Of a DNA stretch of 64,000 nucleotides, positions 1-10,773 are shown one piece after another; the stretch's first letter is position 1; every line of letters begins with the position of its first letter. This stretch comes from Leidyana gryllorum EB-2025a (lineage: Eukaryota > Protista > Apicomplexa). Location: contig JBLWGC010000033.1 in assembly GCA_048772705.1 (NCBI GenBank), forward strand, positions 1 through 64,000, written 5' to 3'. The notes under the pieces were generated by a model, which was not told the DNA's origin, did not search any database, and saw nothing but the letters and a program-made list of their open reading frames with translations. The position numbers and the translations under genes are program-made.

Positions 1-9
1 CTGTCGACG

Positions 10-435
10 CTATCCCAACACTTCGTCAATAATAGTGGCCCAGGTGGGGTTCCTGCAGACCGCACTCCACTTCTTCTGGAATGTGGCGAGGGAGGCCTTC
101 CTCCTATTGACCTCGGCCGCGGCTTTGTCAACCCAGTCTTCGAACTCTATTTCTGTTCTTGGACAGAACACCGGTAGATCTAGGTATTTAATTGCCTTGG
201 CCTGGTCCTCCTGCTGTCTTTCCGCCTCAGCCACTCCCGGTGGTGTTGAGAAGCGCGGTTTCACTCTACCCTGGGCTAGCTCCAGTAACAGTCCAACGTA
301 ACGGTTCCCAGAACAGCCCCCAATGATTTGTGAACCGTTACTGTCCTGTCTGGTTGGGTCGAGCAGAGGTGAATGCGTCGGTTGGTTTTCAGTGGTCGAA
401 TCCTTTTGTTGCGGCGGAATGGTAGCTGGCATCAT
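10..435 (-). mobile_element. Gag-like ORF fragment of an LTR (Ty3/Gypsy-type) retrotransposon, probably truncated
   Basis: Intronless 141-aa ORF. Segment LPVF..RTEIEFEDWVDKAAAEV..FQKKW resembles a retrotransposon capsid N-terminus. Ends at a TAG at the window edge. Family resemblance from memory only. Confidence 0.45.
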
Positions 436-691
436 CTAACCGTAGTTTTTGGTAGTCAATGTTCAATCACTCAATCAGTCAAAACGCGTGTGTGTAAACG
501 TGTGTCTCCCCGGCCGGGTATGGCCGGGCACAAGGTGCTTTACTACGACCAAACTGCTTAATTCGGTGTCCATGAACTATTTATTGGGTCCTTAAGACGT
601 CGCTCCTACTGCTGGTAGTGTCAATCAGAAATAGACACAACATCATTTTTTGGATCACTAGTGATAAGGAACCAGCGTAGCAGCAGTCTAA

Positions 692-3064
692 ATGAGAGGC
701 GCAACCACAGCTTATAAGCTGCTCCCGAGTGTGTTCAGCTCGACGTCAGAGCTCACTACCAGTGTCGTCTACACCAGTACTAATGCTGTAAACAGCGCAA
801 TCGCCACGACAAGCACAACACACATCACATCGTCATCATGCGAGATGGCGCACACATCATATTGGGCACCACGAAGTTTCGCATTCAATAATGTTGCTAC
901 ACTCGACCGGTGCCGAGCACATTGCCAGGTTTTCAGCCCGCCATTGGAACTATTGGGAACGGACTTGGGGAATTATTGTTACCCCGATTTTCAATGTCGG
1001 GGATCCAGTTACAACCCCGCCACTGGACGCTGTGAACTCTTCGATAGCGATGTAGATACGGTATTTGCCAATTATGTCGAATCAACTAGTATCACCTGCC
1101 GTTTGCCAAAGGTTTTCACTCAAAGACGATCTAAACTCAGATGCTTGAACATCACTGAAAGAAATGAATTGAGCCGTTTTAACATAATCGAGGATGTGGA
1201 TGAGACCACTTTAGATTATTTCAATGTCGTTGATCAACAACTACCAGAATCTATACCACAGCTTCACTCACTCCGATCTGATACTTCCTATGCCTTCTTA
1301 TCTACCCGTAAGATCTGCCAGTCGCCCATTCCATTGGTGTGTGTGCGTTTGTCCGGAACCCGTGTCTCCGTGTGTGTGTGTAGCCCTGCCCGCCGCTCCA
1401 GGACATGCGCATCCCCTTCCGCCTCCTTGATGATACCGAAATCTCGCAGACCTATCGCAAGTAGCGGACGAACAAGGGTGGATCACTCAAACCAACATTC
1501 AGTCTGCTTTTGGGTATCACAATGTTCGAAATCATATATGGGGTGTTCCCCGGGGAGTCGATGACTGGAGGTACTGCTTTTTACTCTGTCACTATGAAGA
1601 AGAGTGTATGCGTTGGACTTTCGTTGCATCGAGAGAAACATTCGACCAGTACGGCGGGGGCTGCTATCTAAAAACAGCCTACTCGCCCATGGCCCCTATT
1701 GAGTCGACCCGCCACATCGCTCTGACTGGGGGTCGTGAGATATCCGAGTCTGACCGAGAATTCTATTTCGGGTCCGCTCGGATATACAACAGCTCTGTGT
1801 TGGAGGAAGACAAGGATTTAAATGAACTCAACCCATTAGTGGTGTCATGTGTCCAAAGAGGCGAAGTTGCATGGCATGATGGCGAGCTTATTAGATCAGA
1901 TCTTATCGGCGTTGACGTTAATGCGACTACATTGATAAGATGCTGGGTGGCCTGTGCGCTAACAGACCGCTGTACAGCGATCCAGTTCACTCCAGTGGAC
2001 TTTATCGAGGATTTTCCCTTATTGTTCTCAGATGGGGCGGGTTGCCTCCTTTTTAGCTCTGTGACGCAGACAGTGCCAGTTTTTCCGTTCTCGACCGTCA
2101 TGCAGTCGTCCGCGACGTGTCCTCTTCTTCTGGCTTCCCTGGAGGAGAACAAGTTGGTGGATTCTTCGGATCTTGAGGGTGAGGTCGAGTTTTGAGAGCT
2201 TTCTCTCAGCGCGGCATGTTGCAGATTTGGAGGAACGTGCGGATCATCTGGCCGATGGAGTGTCAATAAGAGGACAGTTCCGGGACGAGGCGAAAGGGAA
2301 TTATATCGTTACAAAGTCTGTTGAGAAGTGTCACGAGCTGTGCAAAGAGTTGGAGGACTGTGAGGCTTTCACCTGGATGCCTGTTCAACACGTATGTTAC
2401 TTTTTCGAGTCTGTGCGAGACTTCCGCCGTGATGTGCGCGGGAAGGTATTCAGCGGCTATGCAGACGAGAGCAGAAACATTGCCACTGATTGGCAAGCTG
2501 TGACGGCTGGCGGCAGTGCGAATATTCTTCTGACTAATGAGGGAGAGGAAGTGCGGTCAGTAGTGACGTGTGCCTACATGGAATTGGACACCAATCGGAC
2601 ATCTGAGACATCATTGCGGATACCCGATGTGTACTATGCTCAAAATTGCTTTGAATATTGTCGCAACCGCGTCGGATGTCTATCCTTCTCATGGAACACT
2701 GTGACTCGAAACTGCTTCTTGCAATTCTCAACCGCATGGAAATACCCAGTGGAAGTCGCATCGGGCACTATGCTCAGTGCTCGTTCAACCTGCGATGGCA
2801 ATGGCCACCTCCGTAAGTGCGCACACACACACACACACACACACATCAATCAATCCTTCCTTCTGTGGGGGCCGGGCCGCCGGCCAGCTCCCACCTGTGT
2901 GATTCATTTGATCGGCTCTTTTCCGTTCCAGCTTCACTGACCCTGCAGGACTTTACGTGGAGACGGTAGAAGAGAGGCGGCTCCCACTACTAATCGCCAG
3001 CAGCGTCCTGGTGTTGCTGGGCGTGTTGTGTATAGTCGGCTGTGGCTTGGTGCTGGTCCACTAG
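692..3064 (+). CDS. Multi-PAN/apple-domain surface or microneme-like protein with C-terminal hydrophobic anchor
   Basis: Exons about 692-1307, 1450-2178, 2225-2812 and 2949-3064, joined by GT-AG introns. Repeated C-x3-C-x5-C-x2-F/Y..C-x-L motifs (YCFLLCHYEEECMRWTF, KCHELCKELEDCEAFTW, NCFEYCRNRVGCLSFSW). Last exon encodes LPLLIASSVLVLLGVLCIVGCGLVLVH*. True start is uncertain. Confidence 0.75.
2823..2844. repeat. (AC)n microsatellite in an intron
   Basis: About 11 AC units directly visible. Confidence 0.9.
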
Positions 3065-3485
3065 TGGTGCGGACCGGCGCCGTTAGTGCTCCTGTTCCCG
3101 CCACAGCCAGTGGCAACTTCGTTATTCGAGGGTTGCAGGACACTAGCCCGCCGTCTAATGACATCCAACATTCGGTCTGGTCGGGGCTCTTCCCAACGGG
3201 CGACCCGCGCCGATGGCGACAATGCCCGGTCCCGTTTCATTCTGTTGCGACCAACTCGGGTGTTCACTACCAGAGGAGAGATTGATGCTATTCGATCCGG
3301 ACTTACACGACCCTAAGGACGACTGAGCGGACGTCATGGAGGTACTGGATATCGAGGGCACCGGGATGGAGGAGGTGCTTTCCCGTGTCGAGACCGCCCG
3401 CAGATCACGAATTAGAGGTGTCTGGCTGAGGGGTACTGTCTGGACACGGCGATTGAGGTCCCCCACCCCTGTTGACACCTCATCG

Positions 3486-6400
3486 TCACCCCACGACGAA
3501 GTGGATTTCACTTCGCCCAAAGACCACGCTTCGCTGTCCATGTCGGACCGTTTCCGGCTGAGGAGTTGGTGGCAACACGTTGTCATCCGAGAGTATATTT
3601 GAGCAGTGACCATTGTCGAAGGAGGGAAAGGGACTAGACGATGGTCAGTCAGAGGGGGGCCGGGCACACAAGTCGACTTACGGTCGTCTTCGACGAGGAG
3701 GGGGACTCTCCCTCTCCGAGGCGGAGGCCACAAGCGGCACCAAACCCGTCGTACCCGTCAGATCGCCCACAATAGATGTCCATCTCCTCTTCTTGTACCG
3801 CTCGCGGTTCCGATAATTCCGTCCATCCCCGCCGTTCTCAACACTCGGCATTTTGGTCAGCTCCATGTCGACCTCTTTGCCGCATTCCTGCACATCCGCA
3901 GGCACCTCCAGAGCCGACTGGTCATTTCCAGCAGCCAGAGTTTGCCACTTTGTACTATTCGCCTGCAACACGGACGCCAAATTGTTGATGTGCCGATTAT
4001 TCTCGTCAAACATTCGCAATTCATACATCATTGGCTGAGAGAGAGAGTGGATTTGAGAACGGGTGGAGGCGGCTTACTGTGACGACGAACTCTATAAATC
4101 CAGACTGAGATTTTGCAAACTCCGTTGCGTGCTTTGACCTGTCACATAGAGGTGATAAAGGGAGGCCCAAGGAAGCTTCCTGTTCCCCTTGGCGGTAAAA
4201 CTCCTCTACCACTCGGAAACACCAGTTCCGATGAATTTCCCAGTCGCAAGCAGACGATGCCAGATCCCCAGCTTTGATACACATCTCCAGCATCAGGCTG
4301 CCACGTGCGTTATCCATTGCAAAGACCCCCAAAACCTCACGTCATGTCCTCCTGATTCCTATATGGATCGAATTCCGGGTCCGATCGACGAAGTTTGAAG
4401 CGGCTGATGTGCTCAAAGTGGCTCTTCATGTCCGTGGCGAGGATTAATTTGATAATCATTTCACGGACCAATCGGAAGATCTCAGTCTTGAAGGGGAAGA
4501 GGACGTTACAATTCTCTCTGAAAATAGCACAGAACAATGAAAGAGTGTAATTTCAGCTTACAACTCGAGTGTCATGAATAGCAGACAACAGTGATAGTTC
4601 TCCAGCACTGAACTGTCATTGTAGATGACCGACTGACGACGACGACAGAGATATATATAATAACCGATTAATTTGGCCCACCAATGGATCGTAAGAGTTG
4701 ACAAAGAATTGATTGTTTCGTCCTGGGTGTCCAACATCGTGTCCTAAGGATGCCAACACATAGGCAATCTCAATAGCGGGGCTGAAAGCCTGTCTGCGGA
4801 GAAGAAAATCAACTTGTTTCACAGATCACAGGTGTGGTGGCGCGCCCAAAGGTAAAGAAAGCAGCACGTGTGACATACCCAGATTTCAAGCCCAAATAAG
4901 AGGACATGGCTGCTGTAGCGTGGGCTACGTGGGCGGCATGGACGGCACTGTGGTATGGAAGTTGACGATATTGCTGCTGCAATCCATAAAGGAAGCTCAT
5001 GAACACAAAGTGATGAAGGACCGAAAAGTGGAGTTCTGGGGGTCCCTCGGAAACCCTGTCGGGCTGCGTGGTCGGCCGCCGTGACGGATTAGGTTTGCTC
5101 AGCGATGCAGCCCGCGTGCCCATTGTTTGCAATATGAGGGACGAGCGTTTTTCGTAGAGTCGCTCGCTTCCAGGAGTCTCGACTGACTTGAGTATCGCAG
5201 GGTCAATCAAGTGGGGATGAGTTTGTATCAAGCTGCTGATCTTCCGTCCAATGAGGGCGTAGCCCACCTCCACCAAGATGTTGCCCCCGCACCGTTCGTC
5301 AAGTTTGTGGAGGTCCAGAGTCCACTGATTTCCCACAATGGCAATTAACTCTTCAGTAAGCTGCCGTTTGGGCAAATCCTCGGGCTTGAAGCCCCCCACA
5401 ACAACCGAGTTCCCCTCCACTGTAGTATCGTCCTCCGAGTCGAACAGATCCGCGCTGCTAAATCTTCGACTCAGCCGACGGGCTGAAGCGGCGTGCATAC
5501 GCCTGCGAGCCAATCGGTGAGTGGCAGCCGAGTCGTCGTCGTCAGACTCATCTTTGGGTATTATTATTTCCTTTTGTGTTCGCGAACGCTTCCATAACAT
5601 TCTTCGCTTGAGAGCGTCTTGCGAACGTTTGGCCCATCGTTTGGACCTACTCGTCCGTGGTGGTCGTGGGGACTCCCGCCGGGCTGGCTGAAACACTCCA
5701 GGTCGGCTCACCATCACTCGTACAGCGTCCTGGATCTGGACGGGACTCGGAAGAGCAGCAGGGCCTCCTGGAAGTACTTCCGCTACAGCCGAGTGGTTTC
5801 GCCGTAAGTCTATCGTGTCAGCCGTGAGCTGATCATCCAGTCGCAGAGAGCCCCCAGCGCGCCATCGAGAGCCACTGGCACCCTCTTCTACACTGTTCTG
5901 TGGCCCCAAGTCTATCCCGTACATTCGGGCATAGTTCAAAGGGACTTGAGCGTTCACGCTGTCATATCGCGCCGTGACTCGCACTTTGAAGAGATCCTGC
6001 ACGCAAACAACGAACCGTTATGACAGCAGAAGGTGAACGAAGGATTGCTGCCATCAGATGGGAAGGCTAAGCCCATGTGGCGGTGTAGAGTGCGGCCAAA
6101 GCCGTGTCTCCGTTCCACCGCACACATGTGTGCAAGCGCAGAAGGAGGAGCGGCACGTACCTGATAACGTGTCAACATTTTCTGAGCCTCTTGTACTCGT
6201 GTGACAATGCGCATTGTACTATCGGTGTACCGCATGGTGCCAGCTGGCGCGGACGAGGCCGTGGTAGCAAGTTTGCCAATCTACAGGACCAGAATTGGAG
6301 GCTTTGAGCAGGTGTTTACCTCACTCAAGAGTGAGAGAACATTTTCCATTCCTGTGGTGGTGAACAGGCTATTGCCGGGTCCTTCATCGACTGAGTCTGA

Positions 6401-7891
6401 AAGGTTGGCCTGTGCTGAAGGTTGTTTGAAGGGTACGATCGGTGGGTTGTTGATTTACCCGCCAAGAGGTGAAAGCCCACATTCTGGCATTGATGTCAAG
6501 CTGACATCGAATAATAAAGCCTCCAGAGACGGTGAGCACCATTAAGAGATCCATGAGCGAGCTAAGACTGAGATTTGGCCTGTTTCTGGCATCCACTTAC
6601 TCCTCAAAAGTCACTTCGCTCGTTCCAATATATCCAGCTAAAGTTGGTCCAAGAATGGAGATAAGTTGGAATACCCAAATCCAAAAGCAGAGATGTGCAC
6701 TACACAGATCCGAATATCAATGTATACAAATGAGCTGTCTCGTACCTGATATATATACTCCTGCCTGCCATAAAGGCCCACAGAACACACCACACTGAGA
6801 TGACCGACCCAAGATGAAGAAGGTAAGGCTGTACACGGGCACCCGAGTCATCAACGAAGAAAAGACCTACGGCTTGCCATGTGGCCACATTGATGGTCAT
6901 CTGCGAAAGCAGCAAAGATGAGCTCCAGCAAGGGTGTGTGGAGGGGTGTGTGTTCACACAGGCCCACACAGTGTAGCGTGTGACTGACCAGACAAAGTAG
7001 AACAACAAGTGTGATTTGGGTGCAGCAGATATTGACGAGGCAGGCGGATTTCATGAACCAAGGTAGTTGTTCGGTATTTTGCTGTGTGGTAGAGGATTTG
7101 ATATCAATGTGTAAGGAGTCTTCGTGTGTGGTGGTAGGGAGTGTGTCTTCGTTCAGGATGGTTGTGAGGCTGTCGAGATGGCGGAGGTGCCACTGATTTC
7201 TAGATGGATATTAGACGGAATTTCGTTGTGGGTGTTACCTGCGAACGAGACATACGACGAAGAGGCACAGGAAGATGAGTGTGTGCATGACCAGTCCTGA
7301 GAGTATGATGAGGAGACGGAGGCCATAACAGTGTGGTTCGCATTTCTCGCTATCGACGCCTGCCAAGGTGAAAGCCCAACCACAAATATATATGGCATAT
7401 AGCATAAGGAGTAGATACATGCGTTGTTTAGTCTCGCGTAGAGTGTGTAATTCTTGATACCGTTCTTCGAGTTCAGCATCACGGAACTTGAAGGCTCGAA
7501 AGACGCTGTAGTGAATAGCTTCAACAAACTCAGATCGATGTAGATCGCTGTGGACGGGGCTTTCGCTAAGATCCATTAACCATCGGGCACAGAGTCTCCG
7601 TATTTTGCTGCTCGCTGTGTGCAGACTAGGTGGCTCGGCAGAGGGAGGCGAACTGCTAAGATCCTCTTCAGACATATGTACGGAGCCCTCCTCATAATAG
7701 AAGGTGCTGTGCATCACCTTGGCGCCCGCCCGCACTCCTCCCCAGTCGCCGCCGGTCGTCGTTGGTTGTACCAAGAGAGCGGATGGCAACCGGCTGGTGC
7801 TCGGGAACGGCGGCTCCCCCCAGGTCACTTTGCTGTGTGACTGAGCCGAATTAGCCGCCGTGGCTGTAGTCAGCTCATCGGAGTGCCTCAT
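3486..7891 (-). CDS. Class I cyclic-nucleotide phosphodiesterase with N-terminal transmembrane region (multi-exon)
   Basis: Catalytic motifs in order across exons: YHSAVHAAHV, LGHDVGHPGRNN, LILATDMKSHF, IKAGDLAS, EEFYRQGEQE, KSQSGFIEFVV. Hydrophobic exons at 6.4-7.5 kb. An intron donor at about 3681 gives a last exon ending at TGA 3486; without it the stop is at 3678. Confidence 0.9.
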
Positions 7892-8023
7892 CCAAATACA
7901 CACCCAAAAAACCAACTTTTACGCTCAGCTACCAGATCGCCTCGTTACCTCGCCCTCTGGCAGACTCATCAACATCTACAACAACTCTTTCAATCACTTC
8001 ATTCTACTAACAAACAAACGAGG

Positions 8024-8163
8024 TGTGCGTCGCCGCGACACCCGGCCGACAAGGCCCCTCATAAGGCCGCGCCGCGCACTCCAAAACTCAAAACTCACCC
8101 GTTCGATGTAAACCTCTGTTATTCGGGACAGAGCTTTCAGACTGCGCGAGCGGTGAGACACTG
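8024..8163 (+). ncRNA. Candidate H/ACA-like two-hairpin RNA upstream of GAR1
   Basis: Hairpin 1 GTGCG..CGGCC/GGCCG..CGCAC, an A-rich hinge, then hairpin 2 CTCAcCCGTTCG..CTCTGTT/GACAGAG..CGAGCGGTGAG followed directly by ACA. No canonical H box. Confidence 0.25.
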
Positions 8164-8435
8164 AGCCGAGAAAGGAAATGCGGGCTTACCTCCCCAGCCC
8201 ATTCACATTGGCCCCGAGGCCGCTAAATAACAGAGCAGGGATGGCAGGATGCACAGCCGGATTCTCGTGAGCTGAAGCGGCCAGATAAGCCCCTTCAATA
8301 GCTCGAACCTCGCCTTCTTTGCGTCCCGCGAATGCCAACCCCGGCCCCATTATACTGGCCGGCTGCTGCTGCTGTTGGTTAGACTCGCCTCCACCGTCCT
8401 CCATGTGGTGTGACCAGTTTCTTAAAAATTTGGCC

Positions 8436-9139
8436 ATGTCATTCCGTGGTGGAGGATTCAGAGGGGGTCGCGGAGGCTTCCGTGGCGGCCGTGGCGGCTT
8501 CCAGCAGCCAATGGGCCCTCCACAGCAAATAATCGGTACGCCGCGTCTCCCAGCACACACATCTTGTTTTCCACGCAGAGGTTGGCAAGTTCTTGCACGT
8601 TTGCGAGAACGAGCTAATTTGCGAGGTCACTAAGCTCGATCAGCAAGTGCCATACTTCAATGGACGCGTATTTCTAGAGAATAAAGCTGAAATAGGCAAA
8701 ATAGACGAAATCCTGGGACCCCTAAACCAGATGGTAAGTCAGCCGCCGGCCCAGTTAGTCAAATAAAGTTTTCCGACAGTATGTTTCGATCAAAATGGCC
8801 GAAGGAGTCAAATCAGACTCTATCCCCGTCAATACGAAGATCTTCCTCGACACACAACAACTCCTCCCTCTTCAGCGCTTCTTGCCCAAAGAGCCCGTTC
8901 TTAAAACTGGAAAGTCTAAGAAACCAGCCGCTGGCGGTGCAGCCGGCGGTCGCGGCGGCCGAGGCGGCCGTGGTGGCCGTGGAGGTGGATTCAGTGGCGG
9001 TCGCGGTGGTGGATTTGGCGGTGGAGGTGGATTTGGTGGTGGACGAGGAGGAGGTGCTCGTGGCGGCGGGTTCGGTGGAGGTAACCGCGGTGGCCTGGGG
9101 TTCGGCGGTGGTAACAGAGGACGCGGCCGTCAGTTCTAG
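8436..9139 (+). CDS. GAR1: H/ACA ribonucleoprotein subunit Gar1
   Basis: Exons 8436-8535, 8579-8733 and 8780-9139. RGG-rich N- and C-termini flank the core VPYFNGRVFLENKAEIGKIDEILGPLN...LLPLQRFLP. Confidence 0.95.
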
Positions 9140-9276
9140 ACCGAAAAAGCTTCTCGCTCTTAATTGGAATTCCCCTTCATCAACCGCAACAGCAACAACA
9201 GACGCCCACCACTGGATGGAATACCAAACTATGTATGACTACTGCACATTCTTTGCTAACTATGTATGGTACTATT

Positions 9277-10653
9277 CTACCAGCCCCGAGCCTGTGCATG
9301 CTGAGCGGGGGGTTGTGGCTGTGCGTTCAGCAGTTGGGCAGATGCCTTCCACACAGAGTCCAGCCATCTGGCCCGCAGCTGATCTGCTGTTACATGTTTC
9401 AGCTTTTCAGCCAAGCGAGGCGGTAATTGGCCAACAGGACAGTCTGTCCATCCGGCTGATCCAGACTTGATCAGACACTTCAGTTTGTAAACTCTCTTCT
9501 TGCTTTCCTCCAACGCACCCTTCACTTGCAACGCCCCAAATCTGTACGACAGCGCCGCCAGAGTCTCCTCCTGGAACCTCGGACCTCCCACTTGTTCGTT
9601 CACCTCCGACACTCTGCGCCATCCATCGGACCCATCCACTTCGGGTGCCAATGGGAAGTCCACCGGATGGAAAGCGCCGCACGTGTGCTCCGGTCCGTAC
9701 CTCTCCAACACTGCCATACAATGTTGACTCACATTCTCAAGATAACGCCGAACTTCGGGAAATGAGAGTGTATCAGCCGATAACGGGGACAGGGAGGACA
9801 GATGGAATTGGATATAACCTGCCGTCTCTCGACACGAATTCACCCAATGCCACATCTCAAGTGCGTTGCTCTTGTCTTGCGGCTCCTCGTTCCACTTGGT
9901 GTGGTATACAACTTGCATCGCGTACATGAAAAGTCTCGCTGTTGTCAGCTGAGCAGCTGTGTACCGGGGATTGCTAAAGTCTATCTGACTCAAGTCCAAC
10001 GGTACAGTCGGAGCCTCGATACCGGGCACAGTCGGGTAATTGTATGGATTAGGCAGCTTAGTGCCCTTCGCAGACGGCCTTTGGACCCAATCTCGATAGC
10101 AATCCCAGTCCGCCGGCAGCCGCCCTCTTGCATATGCTTTCACCTTTCCATTACGCTGACTCGGCACATTATCCCGCAACAATCTCTCGAACGAGTCCAA
10201 GAACTCTCTGCCTAACCGCCCGATCTTGCCATCGCCATTCCGGCCCACACTCGGCTTGACCGTCTTCAATCTCGCCTCACCGTCTTCCGTAACATCCCAA
10301 AACTCCCCTCGCTTACGCATTGACCGCAACTCTTCAAGCGCCCCCAACACCTCCGACAAGCTTTCCATCTTCTTCTCTCCCTTCGCCGCTAATCCAGCCA
10401 ACACTGGATGTACCAACCCGACGGCCGGGCCAGATCCTATTTGGGGGAATTCCATTCCAGGCGGGGCCTTCAGCGATGTCCAATATCGATGCTGCGCTTC
10501 CTCGTATCCCAAAGTCGCGGTATCAGTCAGTCTCGTAATCTCCCGCATATCTCGATGTAAATGAACAGTTGCGGAGGCCGTTACGGCTGCGAACACTGTA
10601 CCCCTTGATGACTTGCCATTGACCCGCACCGACTCTATACGACTTGCCTTCAT
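9277..10653 (-). CDS. Hypothetical protein, 458 aa
   Basis: Long ATG-initiated ORF preceded by a short AT-rich spacer. No recognised domain. Confidence 0.6.
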   Translation of the reverse strand: MKASRIESVRVNGKSSRGTVFAAVTASATVHLHRDMREITRLTDTATLGYEEAQHRYWTSLKAPPGMEFPQIGSGPAVGLVHPVLAGLAAKGEKKMESLSEVLGALEELRSMRKRGEFWDVTEDGEARLKTVKPSVGRNGDGKIGRLGREFLDSFERLLRDNVPSQRNGKVKAYARGRLPADWDCYRDWVQRPSAKGTKLPNPYNYPTVPGIEAPTVPLDLSQIDFSNPRYTAAQLTTARLFMYAMQVVYHTKWNEEPQDKSNALEMWHWVNSCRETAGYIQFHLSSLSPLSADTLSFPEVRRYLENVSQHCMAVLERYGPEHTCGAFHPVDFPLAPEVDGSDGWRRVSEVNEQVGGPRFQEETLAALSYRFGALQVKGALEESKKRVYKLKCLIKSGSAGWTDCPVGQLPPRLAEKLKHVTADQLRARWLDSVWKASAQLLNAQPQPPAQHAQARGW

Positions 10654-10773
10654 TAGACAATAGCCAAAAAAAACACAAAGTTTATAACACCATTAAGCAT
10701 TAAACTTCAAGAAGTCATCAAATTCAATGTAGTCCAATGACACCAAATCCACCGGCAAAGCCGCACGTATATC

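Noticed and set aside
3065-3602. Apparent in-frame stops after the PAN gene, suggesting stop-codon reassignment
   Set aside because: The PAN gene ends naturally at TAG 3064 after its TM segment, and part of the rest is antisense to the PDE last exon. TAA, TAG and TGA all serve as normal stops in conserved genes here.
8020-8191. RNase MRP/P candidate (GCGGGCUUAC 3' motif)
   Set aside because: No GARAGUC CR-I motif, and the P4 pairing has a G-G mismatch. The motif is better explained as one arm of a local stem.
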